DNA of 64,000 bases. Source: Sphyrna mokarran. Its lineage: Eukaryota. Numbering within the stretch: position 1 is the first letter of the stretch; each line of letters starts with the position of its first letter. Under the pieces are notes generated by a model. The model saw only the letters and a program-made list of their open reading frames with translations, searched no databases and was not told where the DNA came from. The stretch lies in NCBI GenBank assembly GCA_024679065.1, contig JAGIQG010000009.1:92008001-92072000 (forward strand), in the 5' to 3' direction. Positions 11,830 to 24,839 of this stretch are shown here, one piece after another. A program made the translations under genes and the position numbers.

Positions 11830-12890
11830 GATGCAATAGTCAGAGATGAGGTTGGTTCAAGATGTGGAATCAGTTTGGGTGGATGTGAGGAATGGTACAG
11901 GAAAGAAGTCACGAGTAGGAGTGGCCTATGACCCCTATCAGTAACCACAATTTAAGGTAAAGTGCACAAGAAAAGGTATTAGATGCTTGTGTTAAAAGAT
12001 TGACAATAATCATGGTGATTTTAATCTTCAGATAAACTTGAACAATCAGATTGGCGTAATAGCCTGGGTGAGGAGATCTTAAAAAGCTTTCGCAATAGTG
12101 TCTTAGCTACATGTTCTGGAACCAAATAGAGATCAAGTTATTTCTGAATTTGACCGGGATTTTCCAGCCCTTGCCATTGGCAGGATCGTTCTATTGACCA
12201 CCCCTGTGGTATTCACCCTAAGTGGCATGAACATTTACAGGACTGGAAGATCCTGTTGGCAGCCAGAGGTGAGCCATCTCTGCCACCAGAAAACATGCCA
12301 TGAGGGCAGAGGGGGGCAGAAAATCCTGTCCTTGGTTTTGCACAATGTAACAGGATTAATGACTGAGCTCAGAGTAAAAGAACCCTTAGGTACCAGCAAT
12401 CACAATATGATTGAATTTAGCATCCAGTTTGAAAAGGAGAAGAGTGAGTCTAAGACTAATATTTTAAACTTAAATAAGGACACTGTATGGTCATAGAAGC
12501 TGAGCTAACTGAAGTGACCTATCACACTGGGTTCAGGATTAAATCAATAGAGAAGCAATGGCAGACATTTAAATATAATCATTCAAAATACTCAGAATAA
12601 GAATATTTCTGCTGTAAAGAAAAGTTCCAATGGAAAATATACTCCACCCATAGTTAACTAAAGAAGTTAAGGAAAATATCAGACTTAAAGAAAAGACATG
12701 TAACTGTGCAAAGGTGAGTGGAAGGTTAGATAATCTATACAATATGAGGAACAGAAGAAAATGACTAAACAGTAACTCAGGAGAAAGAAATTAGAGTATA
12801 AGAGGAATCTGGCTGGGATATATGAAAACAGTTTCACAGAAGAGTTAAAATGTGGAGTTAATAGAAATAAGGAAATAACAGATGAAATGA
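11830..12890 (+). mobile_element. CR1 LINE endonuclease-region relic with a nested MITE of about 180 bp (about 12153-12331)
   Basis: VESVW..GV.Y.P, IMGDFN and EPLG.S.HNMIEF motifs. The MITE is bounded by inverted ends GACCGGGATTTTC / GAAAATCCTGTCC. Confidence 0.65.
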
Positions 12891-14099
12891 GTCTCTCCTG
12901 CTCTTACTGCCAGCCATTGGTGTGTTTGGAAGGATTTTGCAGGTTGACATACTCAACATGTCTGACTATGTTATGAATGCACAGTTCTTGGCCATGGGTG
13001 GGACACAAGCATGGACCCATTCAAAGGCAGCCGGACCTCACTTGGAAAGTCTGCCTTGAGTTCAGTAACAGGAATATTCTGTACATGTATAAAACACTGA
13101 CGTGGAGTGGAATCCATAAGCAGTATTTAAAAATAATCTGGAAAGCATTCATGTGAAATGGGAGAGAATAAAGCCCACACAATCACTAATATCAAGTAAG
13201 AACTTGCATATACACATTCTCTGCAATCTTACTTGTTTTCTGGTTCTGAGGGGGTTTTTTTTATACGAAGTGTTCTCCAGATGCTGTTTTCTGAATGTTC
13301 TTGGTAACTCTGTTACCTTTCTTCCCCACTCTGCAACCACTATATGACCTCAGTGTTGCTGTGTGGGTCATACAGCGCAGGTCCCATGTACTATGAGGCA
13401 GCAGTGCTAATCACCATGTCACCATTCTGTCCTCAATGAAGCACCTATGAAATGGGTATAGATATTCACCTTAAACAGTGTAAACATGTGTGTCATGTTG
13501 TAGCTGTTTAGTGAGTGCTAAGCTGCTGCACGTGGGCATGGCTGCACTGTAAGCAGCACCCGGGAATGGAACCATCAGTGTCCTCCAGAGTTCCAATGCC
13601 ATGTTCTGGAATATGAAGGTGGCCATTGTCATTCAGCCTCTCATCCAATCTGAGTGTGACCAGCCAAATGTGTGGGACTGGGCTGACAGCTCCTAAAGGA
13701 GAATGGGCTGGAATTTCCGAATAAAACCACTGAAACCCATTAGTTTCACACAATTCAAACAGGACAAGCTAATGAATAACCAATAAAAATGCAAATCAAA
13801 CTCAATTGTTTGTGCTGCATATACAGATTGCCAAGTTTTATGTCTTGTCCATAGTAAAAACTGGGCACCTCCATCAGATGCATCATGACCGTTCACTGCC
13901 TGCCCTCATTTGCTCCACTCTCCCTCTTGCCGTGCCTCTCTACAAGCTGCAATCCCACTCTCCCTTTCTCCTGTGTGTTGTGGGAGGGGAGTTGTTGGGT
14001 GAAATTCCCACCATGGCAGATGGTGAAATTTGAGTTCACTAAAAATCTAGAATTAAAAAGTCTAATGATGACCATGAAATAATTGGCGTAAAACCCTTC

Positions 14100-16090
14100 C
14101 TTGCTCAGGTCTCGCATGGGAGCCTGATCAAGAAGGTAAGAGCCCATGAAATCCACAGCAATTTGGCAAATTGGATCCAAAATTGGCTCACTGGGAGGAG
14201 GCAGTCAATGCAAAGGCAGAAAATGATGGAAAATCGCAGGTCTGGCAGCATCTATGTGGAGAGAATACAGCCAAGGTTTCGAGTCTAGATGACTCTCCAT
14301 TAGAGCTATGATGGTCAAAGGATTTTTTTTGTAACTGAAGGCCTGTGCTAGTGGTGTACTACAGGGATTGGTGTTGAGTCCTTATAGTTTGTGGGGTACA
14401 TTAATGTTCTGGATGTGAATATGGGTGTATGATCAGTAGGTTTGCAGATATCACAAAAATTGTCGTATGGTAAATAGTGAGGAGGAATACAGACAGACTA
14501 GTCAGATGGGCAGAACAGTGGCAAATGGAACTTAACTCTAAAATGTGTGAGCTGAAGCATTTTGAGAGACAAATAATGCAAGGGAATTTACAATAAACAG
14601 CAGGATGCTAGGAAGCACAGAGGACTAGAGGGAACTTGAGGTGCATGTCCAAAGATTCCTGGAGGTTCAGGGCAGATAGGAGAAGTGATTAAGAAAAATA
14701 TGCGACACTTGCCTTTATTAGCTGATGCATAGAATGTTACAGCAGGGACATGATTATGATGAAGCTATGTAAAAGGCTCTTAGGACATAGCTGGAGTACT
14801 TTGTGCAGTTCTGCTTGGCACATTATAGCAAGGATGTGATTGCACTAGAAAGTATGCAGAGGAGATTCACCAGGATATTTTTCATAGAGTGGGGAAGGTT
14901 GATCTGGGACTTGATATAAGAAACAGAGATAGATTAGATCAGAAAAACATGTCCCCTTAATAGAGGGGTCAATAGAATCTACAATACTTAGTAGAGTTGG
15001 CTGTGAGTGGGCATGGACCTGGCAGCTGGAGTATAATGTTACCAAATGTGAGGTTATCCACTTTGGTAGAAATAATAGTAGGAGAGAATATTATTTAAAG
15101 AGTGAAAAGCTGCAGCATGCTACTATGCAGAGGGACTAGGCGGTCTTTATGCACGAATCACAAAAACTCAGTCTGTAGGTGCAGTAGCTGATCAAGAAGG
15201 CGAATGGAATGTTGGCCTTTATAGCGAGGGGGATAGAATATAAAAGCAGGGACGTCTTGCTGCAACTGTACAGGGCACTGGTGAGGCCGCAACTGGAGTA
15301 CTTGTGCAATTTTGGTCCTCTTATTTGCGAAAGGATATATTGGCCTTGGAGGGAGTGCAGAGAAGGTTCACAGGCTGATGCCGGAGATCAGGGGTTAGCT
15401 TATGAGGAGAGATTAAATAGACTGGGTCGGCACTCGTTAGAGTTTAGAAGGCTGAGGGGGGATCTTATAGGGACTTACAAAATAATGAAGGGGCTAGTTA
15501 GGGTAGAGGTAGAGAGATTCTTTCTGCTTAGAAAGGAAAACAGAACAAGAGGGCACTGCTTCAAAATAAGGGATGGGTGGCAGTTTAGAACTGAATTGAG
15601 GAGGAGCTTCTTCACTCAAATGCTGGTGTTCACTGGAATTCACTGCCCATTGAAGTGGTGGAGGCTACCTTGCTGAATATATTTAAGTCACGGGTAGATA
15701 GATTTCTGATCGACAAGGGAATTAAGGGTTATGGGGAGAAAGCGGGAAAGTGGAACTTCAGAATGGCAGGGCAGGCTCAAAGGGATAAATGGCCTATTCC
15801 TGCTCCTGTTTCTTATGTTCTTATAACCAGGTGGATAGATTTATGGTAAGGCACAGGAGATTTAGAGGGGATTTGAGGAAAAACTTTTTCACTGCTTGAA
15901 AGGGTGGCAAAGGCAGGAACCTCCATAACATTTAAGAAGCATTTAGATGAACACTTGAAATGCCGTAGCACAAAAGACAATAGATCAAGTTCTGGAAACT
16001 GTGATTCAGATAGGTGCTTGATGGCCTATGGAGACACAATGGGACAAAGATCCTCTTTTGGTATTGTAAAACTCCATGACTGTCTGACAT
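14100..16090 (+). mobile_element. nested CR1 LINEs (younger copy at about 14990-15822 inside an older copy)
   Basis: ORF 15209-15676 reads MLAFIARGIEYKSRDVLLQLYRALVRPQLEY. The inner copy is the same subfamily as 3083-4067. Confidence 0.85.
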
Positions 16091-17170
16091 TGTGAAGGGA
16101 GTCATAAGTTGTTTCTTGTTTGTAATGTATCACTGTTGAGCTTGGTCTCATTTTTCCCTGCTTTTGCCCTAAGCTTTGACCACTTTGCAGTGATTTGAAT
16201 GGGAAAATGATGCCAAGCTTCACAAAGAACCTGCTTTTTTTAATATGGGTTTCTTGTAGATTTTACTGGTTAGATACTTCTTCCCAGACCAGTCTGCAGT
16301 ATATAGCTACAGTGATAATGAATCTTCCTGTCTGCGGAACCAACTTCAAGTGAACAGCCTGCAGTTTGCTGTTTAATTTCATCTCCTGTTTAAACCCTTC
16401 AGAATTTCTATTAATTAAGTTTTGCTAGATTTCAACATCTTCCTGGACCAAGATACAAAACCAAAATGAAGACTCGGTGTGTGTAGAATCACGATAAAGC
16501 CGCAGAATCTTTACATGTGGTGATACTACACGTACTTCACTTTCACACCGGCTGTTTTCTCAAGCTGGATGTAAAGTGGTTTAGGATTATGTCTTTCTCA
16601 GCCATGTCACTGAAACCATGCCATCATTAACTGCCACCATGTTCCTGCTTCTGTTGTTTAATGTAAATATATTAACATATCCAAGGATTGATGAAATAAT
16701 AATGTGTATTCTTTATCTGAAGATAAAATGATGGATGCAGTTTACATAGATATAGATTACAGATAGATTTGGAAAGATGCCAAATATAGTACCTGTTCCT
16801 GCTACAGTTTGGCCAAGTTCTCCATCCTTGTTTGTGCCAGCAGAGGGGCATGATCAGCTGAAGAATTCCCATCCTATTTTTACCTTGTTGCTTGATGACT
16901 GACTCACAGGGCTAATGCATCATGTCCTGTTGAGATATGCAATGATACACAGTAGTTTTGAGATGCACAACCTTAAAGGTATATGCACATCTTGTCACAA
17001 TCACAGTCCAAGATCTCAGAGCATGGAATACTTACAATTCACTCACCCAATACTCTCCACCATTTATTGCCAGGACTCTTCCCCAATTTTGTTTCCTGTC
17101 GTATGTTAATGTGTGACTTGTGCAACACTTATTCATCAGGGGACATACTTTGAAACAATAATTTATCAAT

Positions 17171-17687
17171 CTATGGTTCAGAATGATGCAGTTTAAGGGG
17201 GGAGGCATTTTCACCCTCATTGTGTAATCCAAGATGGGAAAAAGGAAAGAGTTTCTCAATGAATGTGTTAGTGAAATTGTGGAGAACGGACATATTGTCA
17301 GCATTCTAAAAATTAACTTGTCCTCCCTCATAATCCAGGAAATGGTCTTGGGCTTTATACTCAGAGTGAATTGAATGGTTGGGGTTTCTGCAGCTCCATA
17401 TTTATTCCCACTGCTACGAGCAGGTCCCATTTTTATTATCCCTTTCTTGTTAGCTGATTCTTTGGCCACACCCCCTATCCACCTAGTTTTGTCCCCGACC
17501 TCCATCTCCCAGTAGCGTTTCCCTAATGTGAAACCCTGTGACCCCAGGAGACTGGCTGTCATATTGAATCTCTTGGAGTTACCTGGAATCTGTAATTTTG
17601 TGTTGCTGCGTCTCACACTGGACAGGCCCTCAGACTGGATGAAGTTATGAGGTGCTGTGTTTGGGTCCAGGGCCAATGAGGCTGGGA
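17171..17687 (-). pseudogene. TRIM gene B PRY-SPRY (B30.2) exon, pseudogenised
   Basis: Acceptor cccccag|TC CCA GCC, then VPASLALDPNTA..LLGSQGFTLGKRYWEMEVGDKTRW. The GYW segment is missing. A frameshift follows KPKTI, and the shifted frame reads [33 protein letters not shown]..PLKL, with an in-frame stop. Confidence 0.9.
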
Positions 17688-18149
17688 CTGGGGGAAATAA
17701 AAAAAAGTTCATGTCAAATATTTTAGACAGAAGAAGTTGGATGAACACTAGTTAAGATCAAAATAATCAGGTAAAAGCAAAATACTACATATACCGGAAT
17801 CTGAAGCAAAAATAGAAAATGCTGGAAAATCTCAGCAAGTCTGACAGCATCAGTGGGGAGATTTGGAGCAGGTCTAGATGACCTTCATCATGATCAATCA
17901 AGATCAGTTGTCTGTATAACTGGACTCAATACACATCCAATAATTTATTTTTATTCTTTCAAGAGACCTTGATTGCTGGACCAACATTTATTACCTATCC
18001 CTAATTGCCCATGAGAAGGCGGCAGTGCTACTCTCTTGTTAAACTGAGACAATCTTTCTGTTGTATTTTTGTACAACTGGGTGGCTTGTTAACCCATTTG
18101 AAAGTGCAATTATGAGGCAACAAGATTGCTGTGGGTGTCACATGGAGTG

Positions 18150-18340
18150 TTGATGTGGAGATGTCGGCATTGGACTGGGGTAAGCACAATAAGAAGTCTC
18201 ACAACACCAGGTTAAAGTCCAGCAGGTTTATTCCAACAGGTGAGTCACCTGATGAAAGGACAAACCCTGAAAGCTAATGGTGTTTACTACCAAATAAACT
18301 TACTGGACTTTAACCTGGTGTTGTGAGACTTCTTACTGTG
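18150..18340. mobile_element. Penelope-derived fold-back (inverted pLTR) element with a hammerhead-like core
   Basis: Inverted arms AAGAAGTCTCACAACACCAGGTTAAAGTCCAG / CTGGACTTTAACCTGGTGTTGTGAGACTTCTT. The core CTGATGA-AAGG..CCT-GAAAGCTA lies at 18249-18276. Confidence 0.7.
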
Positions 18341-18974
18341 TCACATGTAGGCCAGACCAGGTAAGGATGGCAGATTTCCTTTCTGAAAGGATACTAGTGA
18401 CCAAGGTGGGTTTTATGATCGTGGCGAATGAGATTAACTTTCACCACAGTAATTTCATTATCACTTTTACTGAGGCTATCTTTTGGATTGCCCTCTTTTT
18501 GAATTTTAACACAAGGATACTTCATAGTTCATAATATTTCCTTCTTTTGTGTACTTGGCAAATTTTAAAATTGTGCCTTCTGCAACAAACCTTGGTGATT
18601 AATATATTTCAATGATAGCAGGGTCCTGGACAATGTTCTAATCCTGCTCACCAATTGGTCAAGGAATAAACCAGAGCCAATCATCACTTGTACCAGATTT
18701 ATTAACAGATTGAACGGTTACAGGTAAATACTTCCTGACTCCACTTCTGTACGGGTAAATGCCTTTTCCTATGTGTTCAAGTACCTTCCAATCAACTGTA
18801 TGACTTAACCTGGATTCCTTTACTTCTCTTTATATCAAACTTAATAGTTAACATGCACAAACAATACTTCATAACAAATCAAGGGAAAAAAAGTAATTTT
18901 TTCCACATTCTATGCAATATGGAGATTTGTTGAATGCATTCAACAATTTCTTAGTTTAAGCACTTGTAAGGCAG

Positions 18975-19265
18975 AAGGGTGGCACAGTGGTTAACACTGC
19001 TGCCTCATAGTTCCAGGGACCCAGATTCGATTCCAGCCTTGGTCACTGTCTGTGCAAAGTCTGCACATTCTCCCCATCTTTGCATGAGTCTCCTCCGGGT
19101 GCTCTGGTTTTCTCCCATAGTCTGAAAGACGGGTTGGTTAAATGCATTGATCATGCTAAATTCTCCCTCGGTGTACCCAAACAGGCACCAGACTGTGGTG
19201 ACCAGGGGATTTTCACAGTAACTTCTAATAAAGTTAGAATAACTTGTGGCACAAATAAATAATCT
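18975..19265 (+). mobile_element. tRNA-derived SINE (HE1/V-SINE-like)
   Basis: GGTGGCACAGTGGTTAACACTGCTGCCTCA..GATTCGATTCC A/B boxes followed by a V-domain-like body. Confidence 0.8.
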
Positions 19266-19284
19266 TCAACTTCTTTTTTGGAGC

Positions 19285-20880
19285 ATAGAAAATAGGAGCA
19301 TGAGAAAGCCATTCAGACCCTCACCCCACCTCCACCATTCAATTGGCTGAGTTTTTACCCCAATGTCATGTCCCTACACAGTGCTCCTATTCCTTGTTGT
19401 CTTTAATATCTAGAATCTATTCAAGTTTGTTTTGATAATCCTGAATGACTGATCCCCCACTGTCCTCTGGAGTAAAGAACTCCCAAGTTTTACCAAAGAA
19501 ATTAGAGTTGGATTAATTCAAAGCATAATCTCAGGACCATCTCTTATCCTGAGACTGTGTCCCCTGGTTCTAGACACCCCCAACCACATCCCCCCTGTAT
19601 CTACCTTGCCAAACCCTGTAAAAATGTTACATGTTTCAGTGAGATAGCCTCTCAAGCTTCTAAACTCAGGAGAATGCAAGCACAGTAGCTGTGATCTCTG
19701 TTTAAAGATCAATCCTGCCACCCCAAGTCAGATGAACCTTCATCTCGCTCTCTGTGGTGAGTCTATCCTTCCTTAGGTAAGGAGACCAAAATTCATGCGG
19801 TATTCCAAACGGGGTCTCACCAGGCATCTATACAATCACAGCAAGACACATTTACTCCTGTGCTCAGATCCTCTTCTAGTAAATATGAATATAGCAGTTG
19901 CTTTACTAATTGCAGCAATATTCCAGCTTTCAGTGACTCATGAACAAGGACACCCAGGTCCCTTTGGATAACAACACTTCTCAATTTCTCACCATTTAAG
20001 AAATACTGTGTTTCTCATTTTCCTATCAAAGTAAATAACTTCACATGTTTTTAACATTATATTCCCTCCATCAAATACTTGCCCAGTCCCTTAGCGTAAT
20101 GTAGATCTCTTTGCATTCTCCTCATAATTCACATTCCAATGTAATTTTCTGATTGCTACATTATCATTCCTGTTTGGAGGTTGATAATAACTCAAACAAA
20201 TGTTTTCTTCTCTTGTTGTGTCCTAGCTCCACCCAAATTAATTCTGCATCTCAATCTTCTGATATAAGATCCTTTCTCACTAAGGTACTGATCTCACCTT
20301 TATTAACAATGCAACCCATCACTTTTTTGTTTTTTGGATATCCTTCCTAAATGTTGAAATTTTGGTTCCTAGTGTTGATCACTCTGCAGTTGTGTATGGA
20401 TGATGGCAATTAGTTGATACCCGTTTACTTCTCTTTGTATCATCAATACATCTACCTTGTTATGAATGCAGTGTGCATTCAGATAGAGTGCCTATAATTT
20501 TGCCTTTTTAACATTTTTATGCATTTTGACCCAATATGATGTTTGCCCTTATTTGTGCTGTCTTCCAATTTCACCTATGAGTTTTTTTTCCTTCCATTAC
20601 CAGCTTTGCTTCTCTGCTATCTGAATCTCACTCTTGAGTTCCCATTCTTCTACCAAGCTAGTTCTAATACTCTCCAACAGCACTAGCAAATCATCTGACA
20701 AGGGTATTGGTCTCAGTCTCAGGTGTAATTGCTTTATTTTATACAGGCTTCAGTTGCCCTGAGCTGTGCCTCAGAAATCTAAAATCTTCCCTTTAGCAGT
20801 GCAATATTTCTCCAACCATGCATTCATTTGCTTTGTTTTCCTATTTCTGTATTCACTGGATTGCGGCACTAGGAGTAATG
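19285..20880 (-). mobile_element. degenerate CR1 LINE fragments
   Basis: Minus-strand ORF 19518-19721 reads EFRSLRGYLTETCNIF..SRTRGHSLRIR. A CR1 3' tail lies at about 19285. Confidence 0.7.
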
Positions 20881-22244
20881 GATGGAATTTTCTGGCTGTG
20901 CTCTAAAACTAGAAAAAACAGAAAATCCCACCTGAGGTCAAATGGCCATTGCATGGTCCATTTCTCCCCTACACACACCCCAACCACCTGTAACAAGTTC
21001 CATGGCAGGCGGGAGGCAAAAGTTACCCCGAGTGTTTTTATTATGCTTTCAGGGGATGTGTGTGTCACTGGCCAGCCAGCATTTGTTGTTTATCCCTAAT
21101 TGCCCTTGAATTGAATGGTTTTCCAAGCCATTTCAGAGGGCAGTTATGAGTCAACCACATTGCTGTGGCTCTGGAATCACATTTAAGGGTGGCAAATTTC
21201 ATTCCCAAAAGAACATTGGTGAACCAGTTATGTTCTGTTTTGTAACAACTGACAATGGTTTCATGGTCATCATCAGATTTTTAATTCCTGCGCTGGAATT
21301 CTCCAGTCTTGCACATCCTGCTAACAAGAATAGAGAATTTGGACTTTGGATCATTGGTTCTGTGCAGAGTGTATATTGGATGACCGGATATGAAAATTCC
21401 ATTGCTTTGTCTGGACAGTGTGAGGGGCCAACGGAGTGAATAATGGGGTATAGTTTGACATGGGGATATGAGAGGCCATCGGGTGGTGGATACTGGAGCA
21501 GACAATGACATGAGAGTCCGTGGGCTCTTGTGATCCTTGATCAGATCTCCAAGTTGTTGACAGGATCTGGTTAGTGACCGATGTTTTGTTCAAATTAGTT
21601 TAGTGAGTGACTGCTCAACTCAGTGAGTGCCTCATTTGAATCCTTCTTTTATCTATGACTTTTGTCTACATCTCATGGACTTCACAATAAAGGGGTGTAA
21701 ATTTACAGAATTATATGTGTGCCAGATTAAGGGAGATCCAATTTAGGGACAATTTATTAACACCAATCTGTGTAAAAGCACATTTTTGGGATGTGGAAGG
21801 AAACCGGAGCACCCACAGAAAACCCCAGCAAGTACAGGAAGAATGAGTAAACTCCCACAGACACCGATCCAGGACGGAGATCCAACCCAGGTCCCTATAA
21901 CTGCACAGCAAACAGTGATAGTCACTGAGCTGTCCTGTTGCCTGTCAATTGGTCCAGTTTAATCGTACACTGACGACTTGAAGTATTAGACAACTGTTCA
22001 AGCAACATCCAAGAGCAGCCCTTGCACGACCCACCGCGTGTAAGCCTCTTGTTGGCCAACAAGGCAGACTGAATCACCTGTGGATGTAAAAAAGAGACAT
22101 CAATAAACTTACAACAACCTATACAAATATTCGCAGAAGACCCCCAATAGCTCCAACATAAGAGACAGGTGAGCCACAAAATATGTTGGACGGCCCATAG
22201 GAATCTATTGATTCCCAGGAACATCCTGAGGCTCTTGATCCTTA

Positions 22245-22680
22245 ACTAGAACATTCTTTTGTATCTCTCCATCTCTAGTCTGCTCATGTGCCGATCTAGG
22301 TAAGCCTTAAACAACTCTAGCTTGCTTGTCTCCACCACCCTACTTGGCAGTGCATTCCGGGCCCCCAAACCCTCTGTGTGAAAAACCTCCCTCTAACATC
22401 TGAATTATGCTTCGCCCCTCTTATTTTAAGCCTGTGACCCCTCGTGATTTTTGCTTCCAACCTGGGAAAAAGTTTCCCATTGTTCACTCTATCTATAACT
22501 TTCATAATCTTAAATACCTCTATTAGGTCTCCCCTCATTCTCTGTCTTTCCAGGGGGAACAACCTAATTTCCCTAATCTCTTCTCATAGCTAAGACCTTC
22601 CATACCAGGCAGCATCCTGGTAAACCTCCTCTGCACTCTCTCCAAGGTTTCCACATCCTTCTAGTAGTGTGGCGACTAGG
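22245..22680 (-). mobile_element. CR1 LINE 3' fragment
   Basis: ORF 22317-22562 reads LERQRMRGDLIEVFKIMK..TRGHRLKIRG..RFFTQRV. Confidence 0.88.
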
Positions 22681-23399
22681 TTGTTATGGTGGGGGCATGC
22701 GTCAGACCTTCGAAATCGAGTGCCAAAAGGTTCCCTCATCTTGGCTATGGACCTGTCTGATCGGTTGTGAATTCTGTTATATTACAAAGCTGGTTCCACT
22801 TCATGAAAAATTCTCAGTGTTTGGAGATGCCTATTCCTTCAATGGAACCCAGCCAGATTAGAGTGCAGGGTGCCAGACTCGTGATGCGCATTAATCTTCA
22901 TCCTTATACCATCTTGATAAAAACTGATGGAGACCGCAATCCCAGAATCAGTTTCCTGCCCACCATACTTTACAATGCCATGGGATCTCACTGACCCTCT
23001 GATCATTAGTACATCCAAAGTTGAGATAGATAGATTTTCAATTCGGATAAAGGAGGAAAGAGAATTATTGTTTTGAATCAGTCATGACATAATTGAATGG
23101 GGTGGAGTAGACTCAATGAACCGCAAAGGCCTTCTTCTGACCCTACTTCTTATGGTCGCACAGTCTTATCATAGAAACATAGAATCCTTATAGTGCAGGA
23201 GGAAGCTATTCAGCCCATTGAGTCTGCAATGACTCTTTGAGAGTATATTGTCCAGGCCCTCTCTCCCCTCTATCGCTGTGAACACAAACATTTACCATGG
23301 CTAACCTACCTAATCTACATATCTTGACATCCAAAGGGGCAAGTTAACATGGCCAATCCACCTAACCTGCACATCTTTGCACTGTGAAAATCTAATGCT

Positions 23400-24580
23400 T
23401 AAACCTGCTTGCTAATGAAAGGCAGTAGGATGCGGTTGTACCCTTTGATACTGGTTACAAGTTTCACATTTTGCACTAATCTTTTCTATGAACTTTATGT
23501 ATTCATCATCAATCATACCTCCACATTTCAGCAACATTATTAATCTTTATTAATTATATTTAATAATTAATTCATTTAATTTAATTTAATAACTAATATA
23601 TTAAATTATTAATCAAACAAAAAGGTTTGGCAAATTGTTTCTGTAATTTTAAGACAATTTGTTTTTGTTTCTTTTTGACTCTTGTCATTTGATGTCACTA
23701 ATATTTCTGCAACACTTTGGTCAGATCAGCTAGTGTTGAGTGATGGTGGTGGTGGTGGTGGTGGTGGTGGGGTGGGGGGGTAGTATGTGGCCCTGATTGA
23801 ATAAACTGCAGATCCATTGACTTTACAAAAAAGAAGTGCCTTATTATGTTCCATGTCCAATTTAATTTGTGACATTTTTCATGGAAGGCTTACTCAACAG
23901 CAAGGATATCTTACAATAGACTGCATCAGTATTGATGAAGTGACCTACTCCAGCTACTTTGCATAGAATCACCACTCTTTTAGTGAGCTCAATGAGTTTC
24001 CATTGCCAAACCTAAAACAAGAGGAACTTTTATACTCCTTAACCTTGCATCGATACTCACTATTAAATGAACCCAGGCGACATTTTAACTAACGTGTTGC
24101 ACACGTTGTTAAGTAGTGCAGCGGTATCCAACAAAACATAATTAAATAAACCTGTAACTACAACAGTCATTACCGAATTAAAACTCCTTGTGATGAATAT
24201 AATTCCTTCCGGTAGATCATTATCATCTACTTCAGTCTCAGAATTCTCCGTGGGTTGTGTCATTTTAAGGATCCTGCTTGTTGCATAATAACATTTTGAG
24301 TCAGACTTGAAGCACCTGTTTCCCAGGCATTCCTGGTGTTCATTCACCTCTTATTGCTATGATATCCAGCTCTAATTTCATCCTCATTTTTCCTATACGT
24401 AACTCTTCAGTTCCACTAATGCCTGTGCCCAGCACAAAATGCCACGATTGTCAACTCCTTCATCAATTTGTGACACCACTAAATGTTGTTATTTGTTCAC
24501 AACAGGCTGCTGGAAAAAACTGTCTCCCCAGGAACACCATTGGCCAACGCTCAGTCAAATCTCCATTCACCACAGCCAGA
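23400..24580 (-). mobile_element. Ty1/copia LTR-retrotransposon relic (GalEa-like gag-protease-integrase N-terminus)
   Basis: Fragmented minus-strand reading: zinc-knuckle remnant NRCFKSDSKCYYA; protease VLLDTAA..VC..FRFGNGNSL..VVILCKVAG..LLLSKPSMK; integrase zinc-binding remnants KLQKQFAKP and KCETCNQY. Interrupted by (GGT)n and AT-rich tracts. Confidence 0.65.
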
Positions 24581-24839
24581 TTCCCAGGTACCGGTGAGGT
24601 TGGAAAATAGGGCAGAATTTTACCACTCTGCCTGCCATAGGAATCGTAGCAGGCTAGGGGCAGATGATGGAAAAGTCCATTGAATTTTGGGCGGGATTTT
24701 ACAGTTCCAGGATGAGTGAGGCCATAAAATCCTATCTTATTTATAATCACCCGACAATTACAAAAACAATGTGTGTCTTCCACAGGGTATCATAAAAACT
24801 GTGGATTTCTTCTGCATTTGTCAGCACTTTGCTGATACA

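Noticed and set aside
17032-17748. 238-aa ORF as an intact stand-alone PRY-SPRY protein
   Set aside because: The N-terminus is intronic polypyrimidine tract. After KPKTI the ORF leaves the SPRY frame, and the correct frame has a stop.
21300-23000. Unassigned non-repetitive-looking stretches (also about 28950-29280, 30000-30950, 52860-53150, 54600-54980 and 61300-61830) as hidden genes
   Set aside because: I could not support any protein motifs or exon structure. They are probably old TE remnants; a RepeatMasker/tblastx search is needed.
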